Source: Chitinophagales bacterium
GTDB taxonomy: Bacteria; Bacteroidota; Bacteroidia; Chitinophagales; CAVYQA01
Assembly: GCA_963770495.1 (NCBI GenBank)
Contig: CAVYQA010000025.1
Location: 1,792-65,791 of the forward strand
Direction: 5' to 3'
Length of the DNA: 64,000 nt
Position 1 is the stretch's first letter. Each line of letters opens with the position of its first letter. The translations under genes and the position numbers were made by a program. Under the pieces are notes generated by a model, which was given only the letters and a program-made list of their open reading frames with translations, searched no databases and was not told the origin of the DNA. Shown piece after piece: positions 58,512 through 64,000 of the stretch.

Positions 58512-60638
58512 TTATTTTGTCACAAGGACTTTCCCTATTTCTATACCTTCATCAGATTTAAAATAAATAAAATACATTCCTGCAGGTTGAGTAGTAAAAT
58601 CTATAGTGTTTTGTGCATTGCTTAAAACAGATTGATAAATTTTTTCACCCATCACATTACAAATTTCCATAGTGTAACCATTTTGGTTATTTTGTAATTT
58701 TAATATGAATTTTCCTGGTGATGGATTTGGATAAATTAATAATTGATTATTGCCCGCTGATAATTGATTTATGCCCATGACCGTATCAATAGTCAGTGAA
58801 TCAGACGATGTACTACACCCGTTAGCCTCATTAGTTACATTTACCCGATATTCGCCCATTGAAGTAATTATAAGATATTGACCGGTGTCGTTAAGGAGCG
58901 AATCATTACGATACCAATGATTTTCATATTGGGAACTTGAAATAAGGGTGTCTCCATGCTGCCTGAAGGTTGGCTTATTAGGAGAAAGCAATACGTTTAC
59001 TACCTCCGAGTCTGTTGATGTGCAATCGAATGCGCCCGTGCCCCTAACATAATAAGTAGTTGTTGTTGCAGGGGTGGCAATTACATTATCTCCTGTTGTT
59101 GCATTAAGCCCTGTTGCAGGCGCCCATGTGTAAGTTATTGCGCCGCTTGCGGTTAGTGTCGCACTTGTTCCGCTACAAATCGGCAATAATAGTGTATCTA
59201 CCGTAATTGTCGGATTGGGATTGACCGTCACGATTATAGTCGTTGTGTAAGTACGCCCGCCTTTTGTACCTGTTAATGTGTAGGTAACTGTTGCTGTTGG
59301 ATTAGCGGTTACACTGTCTCCTGTCGTGGCGCTAAGTCCTGTTGCGGGCGACCAGGTGTAATTTGATGCGCCGATTGCGGTAAGTATAACATTACTTCCC
59401 TCACAGATAGCAGCTATCAATGGTATTATATAGATGGTAGCCGTATCTATTCCGAGCAAATCGCCAAAAGGATGTACTCCGTCAGCGCCCGTAAAATCGT
59501 GTATGTCAGTTTCTATACCTGTGGGAATGCTGAAATTGAAAATTGTGCCTTTGTTATTAGTTCCGCCCGCATAAGTCATTCCATAAAACAACCCGTTGCC
59601 CAACTGAATGAGCGAGCCTTGAGGATAAAACCCGTCAGTACGGGCGCCAAAATCATGTAAATCGGTTTCTGTGCCCGTAGAATCATTATAACTGAAAATT
59701 ATACCTGAATCTTTAGTACCGCCTTCAAACGTCATACCATAAAACAAACCGTTATTTGCCTGGATGAGCGAACCAAAAGGGTATCGACCGTCAGTGCCAA
59801 CGCCAAAATCATAAGCAGCAGTTTCAGTTCCTGTAGAAATATTATAATTGAAAATTACCCCTGAATTATTAGTGCCGCCATTGGTATTTGTTTTAATTCC
59901 GCCGGCAGAAGTTAATCCGTAAAGCAATCCGGTTCTTGCCTGTATAAGCGAGCCGGTTGGCGCATAGCCGTCAGTGACGACGAAGGGATTAAAATCGTGT
60001 AAAACGGTTTCTGTGTTTGTAGTATCGTTAAAGCTGAAAATTATGCCTCCGTCATAACCCCCGCCTAATTCAGTCATTCCGTAAAGCAATCCGTTGCTTG
60101 CTTTAATAAGAGAGCCATAAGGATATTCGCCATCAGTGTCATTGCCGAAACTATGCAAAACGGTTTCCGCGCCGGTGGAAATACTGAAACTGAAAATTAT
60201 ACCATCTTCATTATAGCCACCATAAGCGGTCATTCCATAAAGCATACTATCGTCTACCAGGAGTAGTGAGCCATAAGGGGTTTGACCGTCAGTATCGCCG
60301 CTAAAATTATACAGGTCAGTATAAACATGTGTAGTAATATTGTATCGGAAAATGGTGCCAAAATTATAAGTTCCACCCTGTGAAGTCATTCCATATAACA
60401 AACTATCGTTTACTTGTATGAGCGAACCGTAAGGGTATGCCCCTTCGATGCTGCCGTTAAAGTTATGTAAATCCGTATCTGAGCCTGTTGCAATATTGTA
60501 ATTGAAAACTATGCCTGAATCACCTGTGCCGCCGGAATGAGTCATGCCCCATAGAGTTGGGTTTGGGGTTTGAGCTTGACACAATGATGTAACTAAAACA
60601 AAGAGAAAAAGAATAAGTACCGAATATTCTTTCATCAA
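58512..60638 (-). CDS. GloVer-repeat + Ig-like stalk T9SS cargo protein
   Basis: LYGMT..GG repeats, YTWSPATGL stalk, IYPNPS...GKVLVTK. Confidence 0.9.
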   Translation of the reverse strand: MMKEYSVLILFLFVLVTSLCQAQTPNPTLWGMTHSGGTGDSGIVFNYNIATGSDTDLHNFNGSIEGAYPYGSLIQVNDSLLYGMTSQGGTYNFGTIFRYNITTHVYTDLYNFSGDTDGQTPYGSLLLVDDSMLYGMTAYGGYNEDGIIFSFSISTGAETVLHSFGNDTDGEYPYGSLIKASNGLLYGMTELGGGYDGGIIFSFNDTTNTETVLHDFNPFVVTDGYAPTGSLIQARTGLLYGLTSAGGIKTNTNGGTNNSGVIFNYNISTGTETAAYDFGVGTDGRYPFGSLIQANNGLFYGMTFEGGTKDSGIIFSYNDSTGTETDLHDFGARTDGFYPQGSLIQLGNGLFYGMTYAGGTNNKGTIFNFSIPTGIETDIHDFTGADGVHPFGDLLGIDTATIYIIPLIAAICEGSNVILTAIGASNYTWSPATGLSATTGDSVTANPTATVTYTLTGTKGGRTYTTTIIVTVNPNPTITVDTLLLPICSGTSATLTASGAITYTWAPATGLNATTGDNVIATPATTTTYYVRGTGAFDCTSTDSEVVNVLLSPNKPTFRQHGDTLISSSQYENHWYRNDSLLNDTGQYLIITSMGEYRVNVTNEANGCSTSSDSLTIDTVMGINQLSAGNNQLLIYPNPSPGKFILKLQNNQNGYTMEICNVMGEKIYQSVLSNAQNTIDFTTQPAGMYFIYFKSDEGIEIGKVLVTK

Positions 60639-60722
60639 ATAGATTTAAAAACAAGTATAAAAAATATCCACACCTAATGCGTAAATTCATCGCCCGCAAG
60701 GAGCAAATTTTAATTTTTCAGA

Positions 60723-61405
60723 TTATATATCTATTGTTTCTCCTACTGCGGGCAGCAGCAATTGTTTGCCTTTTGATTTAAAATTAGCTATTGCTTTTTT
60801 TTTGTCAATTATAATATAAGGGAAAGTATCGTAATGCACGCCTACAACTTTCTTACATTTCACAAAGTCAGCGGCAATAGTGGCATCGTCATAACTCATT
60901 GTAAAATTATCGCCGATAGGTAATATGGCGCAATCCACTTTATAATAGTCGCCGATGAGTTTCATATCCATAGTGAGCGCAGTATCGCCGGCATAATAAA
61001 TTGTTTTTTTATCCGCCTGGATGATAAAACCCGCTGGATTACCTCCGTAAGTGCCATCGGGCAATACACTTGAGTGAATGGCAGATACCATTTTCACCTT
61101 ACCAAAATCGAATTGCTTTGCCCCGCCGATATTCATCGGGTGATAATTTTTATGCCCCTGCGCCTCAAACCAGTACTGCCTATCTCGAATATGCTTACCA
61201 CAGTTGCATTAGTTCGCCTGGCAATATTTACCGCGTCACCAACATGGTCGCCATGCCCGTGGGAAATAAGGATATAGTCTGCCGGGATTTTGTTCGGATC
61301 AATTTTTTCTGCCAAAGAGTTGCCTATAATAAACGGGTCAAAAAGAAGATTCTTACCACCGGCAACTAAATTGAAACAGGAGTGACCGTAATAAGTGTAT
61401 TTCAT
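60723..61405 (-). CDS. Metal-dependent hydrolase (UPF0173, MBL fold); frameshift at ~61178
   Basis: YGHSCF, SHGHGDHVGD, then MNIGG, HSS, YYAGDT, GVHYDTFP in the second frame. Confidence 0.9.
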
Positions 61406-61410
61406 AGGTT

Positions 61411-62554
61411 TTAGTTTTTTAAAACTTCACGGGCTATAACTAATTTCTGAATTTCTGAGGTGCCCTCGCCGATGGTGCACAATTTAGAATCGCGATAGTA
61501 TTTCTCTACGGGGAAATCTTTAGTATAGCCATAGCCGCCGAATATCTGCACCGCATCCGTAGATACGCGCACCGCAACTTCCGAGGCATAATATTTAGCC
61601 ATTGCCGAATATTTTGTTACCTGCTCTCCCCTGTTTTTCAAATCTGCGGCTTGCATAATAAGCAGTTCAGCCGCTTCAATCTGCGTTTTCATGTCAGCTA
61701 ATTTAAAAGCAATACCCTGGAATTCTGCAATAGGTTTGCCAAACTGGTGCCGCTCTTTGGAATATTTAAGGGATGCTTCATAAGCGCCTTTTGCAATACC
61801 AAGCGCAAGCGCTGCAATCGAAATTCTTCCCCCGTCAAGCACCTTCATTGCCTGGATAAAACCTTCACCCGCTTTGCCCAATACATTTTCTTCAGGAATT
61901 ACACAATTATTAAGAATCACTTCAGTAGTTTCCGAAGCGCGCATCCCCAATTTATTTTCTTTCCTACCTGCTGAAAGTCCCGGTGTACCCCGTTCCACAA
62001 TAAATGCCGTCATGCCACGGCTATCTCCTAACTCGCCATTGCGGGCTATAACAACCAGCACATCACTGCTGTTGCCATGCGTTATCCAGCATTTTGTGCC
62101 GTTAATGACCCATTTATTGCCTTCTTTTTTTGCCACGCATTTCATGTTCATTGCATCGCTGCCGGTATTTGGTTCGGTAAGCGCCCATGCTCCTATCCAT
62201 TCTCCGCTTGCGAGCTTAGTGAGGTATTTTTTCTTTTGCCCTTCATTGCCAAAATAATTGATATGCCCGCTGCACAGCGAATTATGCGCAGCAACCGACA
62301 AACCGATGGAGCCACAAACCTTAGCTATTTCAACAATAGCAGCCACATATTCAAAATAACCCAACCCGTCTGCCGCCATATTCTGCCGGAATAAAAACGC
62401 CAAGAGCACCGAGTTTGCCTAACTGCTGCAAAACATCTTTAGGAAAATGCTGTGTTTCGTCCCATTCCATCACATGCGGCCTGATATTTCTCTCCGCAAA
62501 ATCACGCACGGCATTCGTGATCATTAGCTGGCTGTCGTTCAATTCAAAATTCAT
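61411..62554 (-). CDS. Acyl-CoA dehydrogenase; frameshift at ~62369
   Basis: P.EYGG.GL, ALTEP..GSD, GTKCWIT, KLGMRAS, R.QFGKPI, GGYGY, IGEGTSEIQ. Confidence 0.94.
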
Positions 62555-62685
62555 GGATGCAAATATAGGGTTAATTACAGTTATCTTAAATCTAAAAGGT
62601 TAGAGATTAATTAGTAAAATAGAATAAAACATATATCATTCTTATATTTGGCTATTCATATTAACTACTCAAAAAAATAACTTTT

Positions 62686-63273
62686 ATGAGAATAGAAAAA
62701 GCATTTTTAATAATTTTCATTATCGAAATAGTTTTAAAATTATTTCATTTCCCCGGTGCTTCTACTTTGCTTATCATTTCTTTATCCACTATGTCAATGG
62801 CATATTTCGCCATATCATTTTATTTATTCTGTGATAAGGATATCAAGCGACAGAATTTTGGATTATCCATTCCTACTGGAATTTTTATAAGCGTTGGACT
62901 GATTGGCTTATTATTTAAAATTCAATACTGGCCTGGGCTCAGTATCTATCTTGCAATATGTTCTGTGGCTATGGCTATTGTTTTTGTTATTTCCTTATAT
63001 CTCAAAAGCAAGGCTTTACCCGAACTTAAAATATATTATAGAAATATGTTAAGACGAACAGGTTTTATTTTTGTTTTGACTTTATTATTCTATTTACCTT
63101 CTAATGCTACTCTTCTAAAAATTCAATATTGGGACAACCCTGAATTAGCCCGTATAAACTACTTATATTTCACTTATCCTGAAAATCCTGAATACAAAAA
63201 AATGCATGATGATTATTATCGTAGGAGAGATTCTATCAATTCAGTCAATTATATAATAGATCATTCCAAATAA
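62686..63273 (+). CDS. Membrane protein with GldL-N-like repeats
   Basis: LKLFHFPGA / LFKIQYWPG repeats, ~5 TM helices. Confidence 0.6.
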   Translation: MRIEKAFLIIFIIEIVLKLFHFPGASTLLIISLSTMSMAYFAISFYLFCDKDIKRQNFGLSIPTGIFISVGLIGLLFKIQYWPGLSIYLAICSVAMAIVFVISLYLKSKALPELKIYYRNMLRRTGFIFVLTLLFYLPSNATLLKIQYWDNPELARINYLYFTYPENPEYKKMHDDYYRRRDSINSVNYIIDHSK

Positions 63274-63286
63274 AATTGCATGGATT

Positions 63287-63928
63287 TCATTGAACCGTTA
63301 TATAAGGCGCCAATTTTTCATACTCTTCATCTGTAATAATCACAATTTTCTTTAAATCGGCTTTAGAAGTAAAATTGCCATGTTGTTCCCTATATGCCAC
63401 TATAACTTTTGCCAGCGAATACCCTATATAAGGGTGATGTTTTAGCTCATTAATATCTGCATTGTTAATATTTATTGTTTTTACTTTGGATTCATCCACG
63501 GTAAAATGCTGCATATTGGAATCAATTATTTCAGGATTTAAGCCATATACTTCTTTTAACTGTGAAACCGAATAAAAGCCGCCAAGAGCTCTGCGAAATT
63601 TTATAATCCGTGCCGCTATATATCTTTTAATCCCATTAATACGCCCAAAAGAATTAGAATCGGCGCTATTAATCTCTATGGTAAAGGCTTCATCCGTTTT
63701 ATAAGAATAGGAATCAGCTTTTTTTTCATTTGTTGTATTATTTTTTAAAGACGTTACCTGCTGTTCAAATTCAGACAGTGGCTTCATTTTGGGCGGAAAT
63801 ATCCTGTTCCATAAATAAGGAGCAATAATCACTAAAAGCAAAATGGATAACAGAACTATGATACCCCTTCGTTCACGTGAAGTGAAGGTGAAATAATCTT
63901 TTAAAAATGTTTGGAGCCGCTTAAACAC
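63287..63928 (-). CDS. ComEA-like helix-hairpin-helix protein
   Basis: N-terminal TM, IEINSAD, LGGFYSVSQLKEVYG, ININNA..ELKHHPYIG. Confidence 0.88.
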   Translation of the reverse strand: MFKRLQTFLKDYFTFTSRERRGIIVLLSILLLVIIAPYLWNRIFPPKMKPLSEFEQQVTSLKNNTTNEKKADSYSYKTDEAFTIEINSADSNSFGRINGIKRYIAARIIKFRRALGGFYSVSQLKEVYGLNPEIIDSNMQHFTVDESKVKTININNADINELKHHPYIGYSLAKVIVAYREQHGNFTSKADLKKIVIITDEEYEKLAPYITVQ

Positions 63929-64000
63929 GTCAATATATTATCAAATAGAAAATTTCAATCCGTCATATCCTAGATGAATCCCTTCGGGAAGCGATGATTC

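Noticed and set aside
15223-62554. Widespread pseudogenisation (M13, cbaA, hydrolase, ACAD and others)
   Set aside because: Only isolated single-base indels with otherwise intact motifs; better explained as consensus errors

Overview
AT-rich bacterial chromosome segment from a Bacteroidota organism. Support: TAnnTTTG -7 promoters, several T9SS C-terminal-domain cargo proteins, sprE/porW next to bactofilin-atpZ, and the holA/HsdR_N pair. Most of the window is housekeeping (tRNA-Lys, kup, phoH-uppP-truB-ribF, holA, gpsA, PBP1A, rplU-rpmA, 2-oxoacid dehydrogenase E1, acyl-CoA dehydrogenase), plus a complete ba3-type oxidase operon and many secreted beta-propeller proteins. Two visibly AT-rich accessory cassettes stand out: an uncharacterised nucleotidyl-cyclase-like + HEPN-like gene pair (candidate anti-phage system) and an m4C restriction-modification pair. 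Both sit directly behind the same composite non-coding structure: a ~275-bp repeat with nested inverted repeats, REP-like hairpins and a shared CCGAGTGGGG-ended motif. I found eight single-base frameshifts. Six fall on or reconstruct to CAGCGG/CCGCTG, which suggests methylation-induced sequencing error and hints at a host methylation motif. Other signals: a tRNA-Lys-derived att-like scar around kup, a tandem duplication that built a chimeric lipoprotein N-terminus, a candidate sRNA, nested REP-like elements and dispersed heptamer repeats. All family assignments are by eye from motifs; no database searches were run.
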